Of a stretch of DNA of 45,229 nt, positions 19,601-26,977 are shown one piece after another. How positions within the stretch are numbered: the first letter of the stretch is position 1; each line of letters starts with the position of its first letter. Made by a program: the position numbers and the translations under genes. The stretch is from sequence record OZ346221.1. One strand, 5' to 3'. This DNA is from a phage. The notes beneath the pieces were generated by a model. It ran no database searches. It saw only the letters and a list, made by a program, of their open reading frames with translations, and was not told where the DNA came from.

Positions 19601-20018
19601 CCTTAAGGCGGGCGTGACGTATAACGGGACTTACTACGATGCCGGTATGCAGCTTTCAGTTGTTGCGGAAGGTGGCGCGGTTAAATCCCGCATCGCGTTC
19701 AAGGCGGACCAGTTCTACATCATGCACCCGTCTAATGGGTCGCTTTCGTCCGCGTTTATCGTTGACGGTGGTCAGGTGTACATCGACACCGCCCGCATCA
19801 AGAACGCGTCCATCAACTTCGCGCAGATCACAGACACGCTGCAATCGAATAACTACGACGGCAGCACGCGCGGATGGCGCTTAGGCAAAGACGGGACGTT
19901 TATCAACCTGGGTACTGGAAGCGGTGGTGGTACAAAGCAGACCAACACCAACTACAGCGTTAAAGACGCGAACGGTGTTTTACGCGTGCAAATTGGCGAG
20001 CTTACTGGTCGCTGGTAG
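16599..20018 (+). CDS. host specificity / central tail fibre protein (lambda J-like)
   Basis: 1139 aa, largest tail-tip ORF, follows the M/L/K/I-like genes, terminator downstream. Confidence 0.85.
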   Translation: MTIIYDVTGHKGGGGKQHTPQETPDSLHSLAKIRILLALGEGEFESITSASELRQRVYLDGTPIQNADLSENFPGARVEFRPGTQHQDVIHGFSAVESEQSVGVKLENGTPWVRLINDTSLDAVRIRIGIPALYTNEDNGDLVGGRIDYKIVVYTDNADPREFRFAAVGKTMSLYERDHRIELPPNVNTGWRVEVHRITADSTSAKVVNDIRVQSITEIIDARLRYPLTALLFVEFDAKAFQNIPRVSIKCKGRKVLVPNNYDPINHTYSGDWDGTFKRAWTDNPAWHWYDICITERFGLGRRIKPQMLNRYALYQIAQRCDQLVSDGNGGREIRFKNDMYIQSQTDAWTVLKDLAAIFAGMTWWGNQMLNIVSDQPVAAVSHTITNASVIDGRFDYASGSQKTRYSTFAVAYGNPKNHYEDAIATGQRVELVRRHKINRLDITAIGCTRESEAQRRGHWALISNQLDQQVSFKVGMEGLFFIPGSVVAIADTNISGGFETRGGRLLSDPGTRTVLNTDCEITFRPGDKFLVRTDSGNVETREIASVNGNKVTLKTALDADPIPDQPFCVDGNDIQLQKFRITDLEYDDSTSTFSVRGIEYNDSKYDAVDNGARLDPGIFTQVPDGVMKGPESVTITQSQISSQGQLITNVDIVFPPVKDAVVYEIQWRRTSLQNMEIQWGNDWVNIPRTASNGAHIPNVFSGNYQARVRAIGMGEISSPWVSSAITPIEGRLGGLNAPIITAAVSGLHQILWKWNHNNAATDISYTELEVRKTGETEWKFLTNVPYPGSEYAQTSLEFGIYQQLRARVADKIGNLSDWSAPFEGQVSDNVDEYMKGLDDEFLTSKDGKRFQEAIDTMPQGIYEAMLTDAQQLFNARAEYKGIYAEIKVAYNVAADAHKAVAQLETLIGTRLDDAEAAIHTLQTAQSTHEQAFAQYQQTVAAKFSEQEAAIQQVQTATADVAGALAEYKTQVAAQFGQQSAAIEQKMTSTFNHAGGNATYSLKAGVTYNGTYYDAGMQLSVVAEGGAVKSRIAFKADQFYIMHPSNGSLSSAFIVDGGQVYIDTARIKNASINFAQITDTLQSNNYDGSTRGWRLGKDGTFINLGTGSGGGTKQTNTNYSVKDANGVLRVQIGELTGRW

Positions 20019-20021
20019 TAT

Positions 20022-20041
20022 AGGGGCTTTGGCCCCTTTTT
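20022..20041 (+). terminator. intrinsic terminator after J-like gene
   Basis: GGGGC-TTTG-GCCCC hairpin followed by TTTTT (approximate coordinates). Confidence 0.6.
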
Positions 20042-20054
20042 AACGAGGTTATTT

Positions 20055-20357
20055 ATGGCATTCGGTATCGCAACGTGGGACGCGCAAGGACGCCCAAACA
20101 ACTACGGCATTAAACCGGTAAGCGTGATCGGAAGGATTCATCTTGCGGAAGGACAAAAATCAGGCGCGTGGTCGTTCCCAGTACCGGCGGGGATGAGGGT
20201 CGGATACGTGGTCGCACTGGATAAAGGCGCGGTCGGGCCAGGACGCAGAATAACCGCCAGCGGGAACACTATCACGGTTTCCGCGGCAAGTGCGGTAGGT
20301 GGCGGGGTTTACTCCGCATCTGAATGTGACGTTATTGTTTTTGTGGAGCGAGCTTAA
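20055..20357 (+). CDS. hypothetical protein downstream of J-like gene
   Basis: 100 aa ORF; ATGA overlap with the next gene. Confidence 0.45.
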   Translation: MAFGIATWDAQGRPNNYGIKPVSVIGRIHLAEGQKSGAWSFPVPAGMRVGYVVALDKGAVGPGRRITASGNTITVSAASAVGGGVYSASECDVIVFVERA

Positions 20358-21031
20358 TGGCTAATTACGGCGCGTTGATTGACTTACCAAACGGCAACCC
20401 GTTTATCACGCCAGAATCGACGCCGTTTTGTCTATTCCGCCGTGTGGTTGTTGGGTCTTCGGCTAACGGCACTGCGCAGTCGGCGGCTGCCGATATTAAT
20501 TTGGGCGGTGACTACCCTGCAATAGCGTTTGTGAAAACTACGCACACCGCCCAGCCGACCGTCGTAGGGTCTTCTCGCGTTGGTAATGTGGTGAAGGTGA
20601 GCGCCAGCAATCCATTCGGGCAAGGCTTCACTATGACGGCTTACATCTTTGCCATATTCCCACAGACCCTTCCGCGGTGGGGCTTCGCTATTTGGGGTAA
20701 GACGGGGAAGCTAGTGCTTACTAATGAGAGTCGCGTATTAAGCGATTTAGTTACCGTCGGATCTCCTGGCGCTAACGGGGGGATTAACATTGACCAGACG
20801 CTAAACGGCAGCTACGCCGTCGCACCGGGCATATTGGGGTCAACGCTGATCCGGTTTTTTGTGCAGGGCCAGCCGCAGGTAGTATCGGTAACGGCGTACA
20901 CGGGGGCCAGATTTGATGGGTCGCGAACGCGTATATCGGCAGCGTCGTCAGGGAACGCCACGGGGGATGTGGTGGGGTATACGAATAACGGCAACGCAAT
21001 CATGGCGATTAACACTGCCAACTACGACTGA
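20357..21031 (+). CDS. hypothetical protein, tail-fibre associated by position
   Basis: 224 aa, Gly/Ser/Thr/Asn-rich, between J-like and tail-fibre genes. Confidence 0.45.
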   Translation: MANYGALIDLPNGNPFITPESTPFCLFRRVVVGSSANGTAQSAAADINLGGDYPAIAFVKTTHTAQPTVVGSSRVGNVVKVSASNPFGQGFTMTAYIFAIFPQTLPRWGFAIWGKTGKLVLTNESRVLSDLVTVGSPGANGGINIDQTLNGSYAVAPGILGSTLIRFFVQGQPQVVSVTAYTGARFDGSRTRISAASSGNATGDVVGYTNNGNAIMAINTANYD

Positions 21032-21051
21032 GGAAAATCCCCTTTCGGGGA

Positions 21052-21270
21052 TTATTCGCAGGTGGTGTTTTTGAAATGGTCTACCGACACGTACTGGAAG
21101 CTAAACGGATAACCCGCCCTTAGCATTTTATGCCCGGAGAAGTCTGCGACACCATACACAGGGACCGCATAATCAATGCCGCTATTCTGGTATGTGGCGT
21201 CGCAGACTTTAGCGGGCATGTTGGCACAACCGGACAAAAGAACCGCACAAATCATAATTAAAGTTTTCAT
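21052..21270 (-). CDS. small reverse-strand lipoprotein, candidate receptor-blocking superinfection-exclusion protein (Cor/Llp-like by context)
   Basis: 72 aa from internal ATG; signal peptide MKTLIMICAVLLSGC with lipobox LSGC; RBS AGGGGA; only - strand gene in the tail module, divergent from the tail-fibre gene. Confidence 0.55.
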   Translation of the reverse strand: MKTLIMICAVLLSGCANMPAKVCDATYQNSGIDYAVPVYGVADFSGHKMLRAGYPFSFQYVSVDHFKNTTCE

Positions 21271-21350
21271 GGTATCATCCCCTATATTTGGTTGAGTTTT
21301 AGTATTACACCGCTCAACCTGGATTGCAACCAATTTACGAGGATTTAGCT

Positions 21351-22919
21351 ATGGCAGCGGGTACGCTATCCGTAACGAACAATAGCAAGGCGGTAGTAGG
21401 GGTCGGCACAACGTTTACCGCGTTTAAAGCTGGCGACTTCTTAACGCTGGTGGTAGGGCAAGTTCCTTACACCGTGGCGATCGCATCAATCAAAAGTAAC
21501 ACGGCGCTTACGCTGGTGCTGCCGTTCGACGGCCCGACGGCAACCGGCCTAGCCTGGGACGGCATCAAACGTGACACCATGTCATTGACTACGATGGGCG
21601 TTACCGTCCAGGCACAGAAAGCATTTCGTTTGATGATCGCCGATGAAAACAACTGGCGTGCAATCTTCGGCGACGCTGAAGAAATCACCGTAACGCTGCC
21701 GAACGGGCAAGTCATGCAGGGTATGTCATGGGGCTATCTGTCGCAGTTGATGAAACAGATCGACCCAGTGGAAATGCGCGACCTGCAACAACAAGCCGCC
21801 GCATCGGAAGCAGCCGCGCAAGGATTTCGCAATGAGGCAGAAGGCTTCAAGACCGAGACGGCGGGTATTCGCGACGCCACCAATACCATCAAGACGCAGA
21901 CGAACCAGATCAAAACTGATACGCAGGCCATCAAGACGCAGACGAACCAGATCAAGACGGATACGCAGGCCATCAAGACGCAGACGAACCAGATCAAGAC
22001 GGATACGCAGGCCATCAAGACGCAGACGAACCAGATCAAGACTGACACCGGCGTTATTCGAGATCAGGCCAATACAGCGAAGAGGGACGCGCAAGCCGCC
22101 CGCGATGCCGCGCAGGGGTATCGGGACGAAGCCGAAGACTTCAAAAACGCGATCGACCCTACGCAATTCATGAAGAAGTCGCAGAACCTGGCAGACGTCG
22201 CAGATAAATCGGCGGCACGCGCTAATCTTGGCGTTGGTGATGATAGTATCGTTAAACACGCAACATTACGTCTGAACGGAGGCGAATCGCTAACCTTCAA
22301 TGATGTCGAAAGAAACGGTTTGATTATATCAAACGCGTCTTTCGGGATGGATAGCTGGGTCGGGCAGACGATGCATAAGTGGTACACGGATTGGACACGA
22401 TCTGGCTTGGTCAGGGGCGGCGATGCCCACTTATCGGACTACCGTGTCCACGTGTGGAAGGATGGTTATACGGAGGCTTTATTCCGCTTCCTACCGGACG
22501 GCAGGCTGATTAGTGGTAACAGCAGCAACCCTTCGGTTAACGAGTTCCAGAAAGCGGCGCTATCGGACCGCGACCTTAAAAAAGAAATCCAATACACTGA
22601 CGGCGAGGAAAGCTACAACCGCGTTCGTCAATGGCTTCCGGCAATGTTCAAGTATAAGGAGTCTGACGTACAGCGATACGGCCTTATCGCACAGGATCTG
22701 GCAAGGATTGACCCAGAATATGTGCACTTGCTGCCGGGTTATGCCATTTATGAGGATATCAAGGGGGTGGACGAGGAAGGCAACGAAGTTGTAGTCGACC
22801 GAAAGGAAATCGGGTATACGGACGATGTGCTGTCACTAGATAGTAACGTGCTGTTGATGGATCTGTGTGCCGCCTTCGTTCACCTGTTGCGGAAAGTGGA
22901 AAAGCTGGAAGGTAAATAA
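21351..22919 (+). CDS. tail fibre protein with C-terminal S74-type intramolecular chaperone domain
   Basis: 522 aa from internal ATG with GAGGA RBS; C-terminal SDRDLKKEI...YGLIAQDL signature; 14-aa tandem repeats AIKTQTNQIKTDTQ in the shaft. Confidence 0.75.
   Translation: MAAGTLSVTNNSKAVVGVGTTFTAFKAGDFLTLVVGQVPYTVAIASIKSNTALTLVLPFDGPTATGLAWDGIKRDTMSLTTMGVTVQAQKAFRLMIADENNWRAIFGDAEEITVTLPNGQVMQGMSWGYLSQLMKQIDPVEMRDLQQQAAASEAAAQGFRNEAEGFKTETAGIRDATNTIKTQTNQIKTDTQAIKTQTNQIKTDTQAIKTQTNQIKTDTQAIKTQTNQIKTDTGVIRDQANTAKRDAQAARDAAQGYRDEAEDFKNAIDPTQFMKKSQNLADVADKSAARANLGVGDDSIVKHATLRLNGGESLTFNDVERNGLIISNASFGMDSWVGQTMHKWYTDWTRSGLVRGGDAHLSDYRVHVWKDGYTEALFRFLPDGRLISGNSSNPSVNEFQKAALSDRDLKKEIQYTDGEESYNRVRQWLPAMFKYKESDVQRYGLIAQDLARIDPEYVHLLPGYAIYEDIKGVDEEGNEVVVDRKEIGYTDDVLSLDSNVLLMDLCAAFVHLLRKVEKLEGK
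21885..22049 (+). repeat. 42-bp in-frame tandem repeat (about 3.9 units) inside the tail-fibre gene
   Basis: GCCATCAAGACGCAGACGAACCAGATCAAGACGGATACGCAG repeated; units 2 and 3 identical, units 1 and 4 slightly different. Confidence 0.8.
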
Positions 22920-22925
22920 GGAGAA

Positions 22926-22948
22926 GGGGCTGCGTGGCCCCCTTTTTA
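22926..22948. terminator. bidirectional intrinsic terminator between tail-fibre gene and the end of the leftward operon
   Basis: GGGGC-TGCGT-GGCCCC hairpin followed by CTTTTT (approximate coordinates). Confidence 0.6.
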
Positions 22949-23521
22949 GTTTGAGTTTTCCCAGTCCATTTTACGCCGTACCAACGGGCTTTCGTAATAT
23001 TCCTTTCCTTCCACTTCCACCAGGGGCCAGTCGTTCACAATCACGTATGGCTCCGCAATATCCTCAATAACGCCGCTGGCGCTATGCTGCCCGAACGACA
23101 CTCCCACCAGAATAACACCGGCAACTCGACGAGTGAGATACTCACGAGCGCAACGCGCCTCCACCAACCCCCGACGGATGCCGCTGGTGGCCTTAACCTC
23201 GTAGGTCCAGACGGCATCAATCATATGTTCGCGGAAGTCGGGACCGGATTTTACCTTGCGCTTGCCGACCATGATAATATCGCCGCGGTCGATAGTGTTA
23301 GCGCTAAACAGGCCGGTACGCATTAGCAAACCTTGCGGGATACAGCTACGCCCGCCCGCCTGCCCTTCGAGGTACATGCCTGCAAACATTTCGCCCAGCA
23401 CACCGACGAGTCTGCTTTGCTTGCACGCGTCAGACTTGTATCGCCACTGTTCAAACTCGATGCTTGCAATCATTGCCGCCAAGTGGAATTGTTTACCGGT
23501 TATTTCATATTCGCCGTACAT
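22946..23521 (-). CDS. hypothetical protein, possible PD-(D/E)xK-like nuclease fold
   Basis: 191 aa; D...EVK arrangement (DIIMVG...DAVWTYEVKAT) compatible with a PD-(D/E)xK core; weak call. Confidence 0.35.
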   Translation of the reverse strand: MYGEYEITGKQFHLAAMIASIEFEQWRYKSDACKQSRLVGVLGEMFAGMYLEGQAGGRSCIPQGLLMRTGLFSANTIDRGDIIMVGKRKVKSGPDFREHMIDAVWTYEVKATSGIRRGLVEARCAREYLTRRVAGVILVGVSFGQHSASGVIEDIAEPYVIVNDWPLVEVEGKEYYESPLVRRKMDWENSN

Positions 23522-23563
23522 TGTGAATCCCTCATTGATGCGGGCCGAAGCCCGCGATTAGAA

Positions 23564-24022
23564 TTATTTCAGTGCGCTACGTACCAGTGTTTTTTCCATG
23601 TTGCGGAAGTCTTCCGGCGTCATGAGGATTTTGGACCCATCCTCGCCAGTGAGCACGACCATAGGCTGGACGTCCTGGTCTACGACGCCGAAATTGGTGG
23701 CCTTGAGGCTGTCGTATTGCGCTGCCGTTGTATCAACCTGAATCTCATCATGAACGGTCATGTGGGATTCGCCAAGCAAGGCCGCATACGCTACCAGGTC
23801 GACGATATTGTCTTCCCGGTGCTTGCGGTGCTGGCGTACCAGCTTCAGGCAAATCAAGAAAGTCCAGGCTTCTTGCTCGGTCAGGTCGCGACCGGTAAGC
23901 GCGTTAAACACGGCAGCTATTTGTTTAGCGATGCGTTCTTCTTTCGCGTTGCCATAGCCGTTTTCTTTTCCGCGCTGTTCCATAGTGGTGGCGGCGTTTT
24001 TGCAGTATTCGTATGCTTTCAT
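23564..24022 (-). CDS. hypothetical protein
   Basis: 152 aa; preceded on the - strand by the palindromic TGCAACCAA-N4-TTGGTTGCA element. Confidence 0.45.
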   Translation of the reverse strand: MKAYEYCKNAATTMEQRGKENGYGNAKEERIAKQIAAVFNALTGRDLTEQEAWTFLICLKLVRQHRKHREDNIVDLVAYAALLGESHMTVHDEIQVDTTAAQYDSLKATNFGVVDQDVQPMVVLTGEDGSKILMTPEDFRNMEKTLVRSALK

Positions 24023-24085
24023 TATGTGGTCCTTTTTATGGGAGGCCGTATTGCCCCCCGACGCGTTAACTATAATGCAACCAAC

Positions 24086-24556
24086 CTATTGGTTGCAAGT
24101 GAATTTTGCAACGTTTATTGCGTAAATTTTCGGGACCAAATCGCCGCACGCCCGACGAATTGCCGCGATGTTCTTCTCGCAGTCCTCAATGATGACAAGT
24201 TCAGACACGTCTGCATAGCAGACCATTTTGAACACAGCGCACGCCTTAAACTCTGGCGGCGGGGTGTCGTCCAGCATGTGGCGCATAAACAACCGGCCTG
24301 CCGGGAATACCTCCAGTTGCTCGGCGGTAGTCTCCCAGCATTCTAGCTGCCGGTTGGTCAGATACGCGATCTCGAAGCCTTGCTCTTTGTACATGCGCAA
24401 CAGCGGCAGCATATCCATGTTCAGGTCTTCGCGTACATGCGCTTTGTGCCACTTTGCCCAAAAGGTTGATTTCGTTTTTATCCCCGGCACCAGGTCGGCA
24501 CGCGCATCGCTTGAACCATTAATAACGCCATCCAAATCGCAAATCAGTAATTTCAT
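24086..24556 (-). CDS. HAD-superfamily hydrolase-like protein
   Basis: 156 aa beginning MKLLICDLDGVI, matching HAD motif I (DxDGV). Confidence 0.55.
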   Translation of the reverse strand: MKLLICDLDGVINGSSDARADLVPGIKTKSTFWAKWHKAHVREDLNMDMLPLLRMYKEQGFEIAYLTNRQLECWETTAEQLEVFPAGRLFMRHMLDDTPPPEFKACAVFKMVCYADVSELVIIEDCEKNIAAIRRACGDLVPKIYAINVAKFTCNQ

Positions 24557-24777
24557 TTTAAGCTCTCAATAAGGGTGTATCGGGCGCTGCGCGCGGTGAA
24601 GGAGTTACACACGAAATGGCAACGCTGAGTCATGACAAGCCAGCCGGTAAGGTCCAGGCCCAGAAGGTATTCAGGCCGCGACACGCGACGCACACGATCG
24701 CGGCGTGGGTCGATGCAGAAGTCTTTTTGCATTTGGTCTACTACCGCGGGGTCGCGGTCAACGATTAAGATATTCAA
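24553..24777 (-). CDS. hypothetical small protein
   Basis: 74 aa ORF with ATGA overlap onto the HAD-like gene. Confidence 0.35.
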   Translation of the reverse strand: MNILIVDRDPAVVDQMQKDFCIDPRRDRVRRVSRPEYLLGLDLTGWLVMTQRCHFVCNSFTARSARYTLIESLK

Positions 24778-25243
24778 GGAGTTCTCCTTCGCTCATTATT
24801 TCAATTTGTGCGCTGCCGATTGGTGGCGCTTCGTCAAAGATTATCAATTGCTGGCACTTGTTATTGCTCGGACCGACTTCGCCGGTGACGGCGTGAATGA
24901 ATCTAATACGCCAGTCCAGAAGAATTATCAGGTTTGCAGTCTTCCGGGCCAACTTCGCCCACTTCGTCGACGTGTCCTGATTCAGCAGCATGACAGTACG
25001 TCGTCCGTGCGCTGCGCATTCCACCCACGGCAACGGATCGGAATACGGCGGATTGCACCACTTCCACCCTTTCAACTCTGCCCAGTCCACATCAAGCGCG
25101 CTGTGCTCTGCCGTGAAGTAACGCGGTAGCAGATGATTGGCGTCGCTCGCCGCCATATCGTAACGGAATCGGAACTTACGGCGCAGCGGTTTAAATAAAG
25201 CTGGCGGCGTGCGCCAGCTATCTTTTTGCTCACTCTTCTGCAT
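24758..25243 (-). CDS. phage-type DNA N6-adenine methyltransferase (Dam family)
   Basis: 161 aa with WRTPPALF near the N-terminus and catalytic NPPY (WCNPPYS), as in small phage Dam methyltransferases. Confidence 0.75.
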   Translation of the reverse strand: MQKSEQKDSWRTPPALFKPLRRKFRFRYDMAASDANHLLPRYFTAEHSALDVDWAELKGWKWCNPPYSDPLPWVECAAHGRRTVMLLNQDTSTKWAKLARKTANLIILLDWRIRFIHAVTGEVGPSNNKCQQLIIFDEAPPIGSAQIEIMSEGELLEYLNR

Positions 25244-25685
25244 GGTCGGTGTCTATCGCATAAAGTGGAGTCTTACCACCTTTATTGATGACGCGCTTTG
25301 CTTCTTCGACACTAAGCGGGCGCGCGTTCGGGTAGATGCTGCCGTTTGTAGGGTTGCACCACGCCATGAGCACAAGGTCTTTCCGGGCGATCGAAGACTG
25401 GCGGCCCTTCGAGCGCACGTATTCCTCGGCCCGTTTGCAATGCTCGCGCAACGCATCAGCCGTGACGCGGTTTAGCGCAACGCTGGTTGTGTACCCGGTG
25501 CGCTGCATAATCCCCATCAATTCGAAAAGCAGTTCGAAGCGTTCCTCTAACTCCCGGCGCACTTTCTTCTCTCCTTCATATAGCGCCTGGTTGGTGTCCG
25601 CCACCGAGTTAGCCCGTTCGGCCTGTTCGCGGGCTTCGAGGCATTGCGCGGCCCAGTAATCTTTTTCTTCTTGTAAAATTTTCAT
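25230..25685 (-). CDS. hypothetical protein
   Basis: 151 aa; coiled-coil-like N-terminal half. Confidence 0.45.
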   Translation of the reverse strand: MKILQEEKDYWAAQCLEAREQAERANSVADTNQALYEGEKKVRRELEERFELLFELMGIMQRTGYTTSVALNRVTADALREHCKRAEEYVRSKGRQSSIARKDLVLMAWCNPTNGSIYPNARPLSVEEAKRVINKGGKTPLYAIDTDHAEE

Positions 25686-25937
25686 CTATTTAGTCTCCGT
25701 AGTGCGGATTTCATCGCGTGGAATAAATTTGCCGTCCATCTCTACCCAGCAGACACCATAGCGCCATTGGGTGTTGCGACCTGTTTGCTCTGCGTACACA
25801 GTCCGGCATTCGTAGCGTTCCGAGTAGTAGACACCCGCGACACCCGCGGCAGGTACGCAAACACAAACGGCAATCATGAGGGTGAGGAGCACCCAAAATC
25901 GAAGGTCGCCGTCGTAGTCGAAAAATAATGATTTCAT
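25686..25937 (-). CDS. small membrane protein
   Basis: 83 aa from internal ATG (MKSLFFDY...) with one predicted TM helix WVLLTLMIAVCVCVPAAGVAGVYY; start placed by codon arithmetic from the ORF track. Confidence 0.4.
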   Translation of the reverse strand: MKSLFFDYDGDLRFWVLLTLMIAVCVCVPAAGVAGVYYSERYECRTVYAEQTGRNTQWRYGVCWVEMDGKFIPRDEIRTTETK

Positions 25938-25974
25938 CGCACTGTCTCCAGTTATTAAAAAGGGCGTCCAACCG

Positions 25975-26012
25975 GACACCCTCAATATAATGCAACCAAT
26001 ATGGTTATGCAA
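25975..26012 (-). promoter_or_regulatory. sigma70-like promoter with TGCAACCAAT motifs, for the 25686..25937 gene
   Basis: On the - strand: TTGCAT, 17-nt spacer, TATATT, followed by a hairpin plus T-run in the leader (approximate coordinates). Confidence 0.35.
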
Positions 26013-26017
26013 CCAAT

Positions 26018-26341
26018 TTACGAATAAAAATTCGGATCGCGTGCAACGTCTACCAGATACAGATTGCTGATTCGGTTGCCGTAGTGCCCTGGTGTGCGCT
26101 GGCGACACACTACGGCGAAGCCCGGGGGGATTGTATTGCCCGTCTCAATAATCCACGCCACGCGCGCGCCCGACAGCGTCTTACCATTGCATTCGATACG
26201 GGTGCCTCCATCGGCAGTATTGATGTTGCCAATTTTGCAGCCGGTGGACTTCAGACGAATGACGCCGGTTTTGCTGTCGTAGGAGAATAACTGGTTAGTC
26301 ATTGCAACCGAAAAATCGATGGCTTCGAATGTAGTGTTCAT
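26018..26341 (-). CDS. HNH_3/NUMOD4-like protein with degenerate catalytic motif
   Basis: 107 aa; NUMOD4-like N-terminus (FSYDSKTGVIRLKS) and HNH_3-like layout (ARVAWIIETG...IPPGF...GNRISNLYLV), but with CR in place of the expected DH catalytic pair. Confidence 0.4.
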   Translation of the reverse strand: MNTTFEAIDFSVAMTNQLFSYDSKTGVIRLKSTGCKIGNINTADGGTRIECNGKTLSGARVAWIIETGNTIPPGFAVVCRQRTPGHYGNRISNLYLVDVARDPNFYS

Positions 26342-26977
26342 TCTAAATTTTCCTCATTGACTGCTATCGCGAAGCCGCGCGGGGTGAGCGACCGGATTAA
26401 TTTTGTGCGGGCTGATTTGCCTCCGAGGCGACTATACTGCTTCGAGTACCCTTTTTCAACGAATACAGGCTTTTTCTCAGGCATACGGAAGCCGTTGCCG
26501 GTCCATAAGCAGGTCAGCTTCGGATATGAATCGCGGGCGTTGATGTATTCCGGGAAGAGCGGGTGTACGTCATCCTCCGGCAGATATCCCCCATACTCCC
26601 ACGGATCAAACGAGTGGTCCGGCTTACGCCACTGGGTGGAAAGCACACTGCGCGGATTCTCAATCATATATGGCACTTCGAAGAAGTCACCCAGGTAAGC
26701 TGCGATCTTCGCGGTGCGCACCGCTCACAGCTAGATCCGTGCACGGAGGGAATGCATAGATGATATCTGGCGTACCGAAATCGCCATTCATCGCGCGGTC
26801 CACGAAGTCCAGATCGATAAACTCATTGCGATACCGGATTCCGCGACCATAAATACGGTAGTCAAGGTACGACCCGTGATCGGCTTCGGAGTAGTTGAAG
26901 CAATAACACTTATGCCCCATCTCGGCAGCACGCTCAATCATCAAGCCGCTGCCGTCAAACAATGACCAGATTATCAT
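26338..26977 (-). pseudogene. cytosine-5 methyltransferase-like gene interrupted by a +1 frame change (covers ORFs 26687..26977 and 26338..26721)
   Basis: N-terminal ORF has motif I (SLFDGSG) and motif IV (FPPCTDLAVSGA); reading on in the +1 frame from its stop gives DFFEVPYMIENPRSVL (ENV-like motif VI) and a C-terminal RSLTPRGFAIAV; 640 nt is not a multiple of 3; GGG run (plus-strand CCC 26690-26692) abuts the stop. Confidence 0.45.

Noticed and set aside
23333-24346. 337-aa plus-strand ORF spanning several minus-strand early genes
   Set aside because: It crosses two gene boundaries and an intergenic palindrome on the opposite strand and has no RBS; an antisense artefact.
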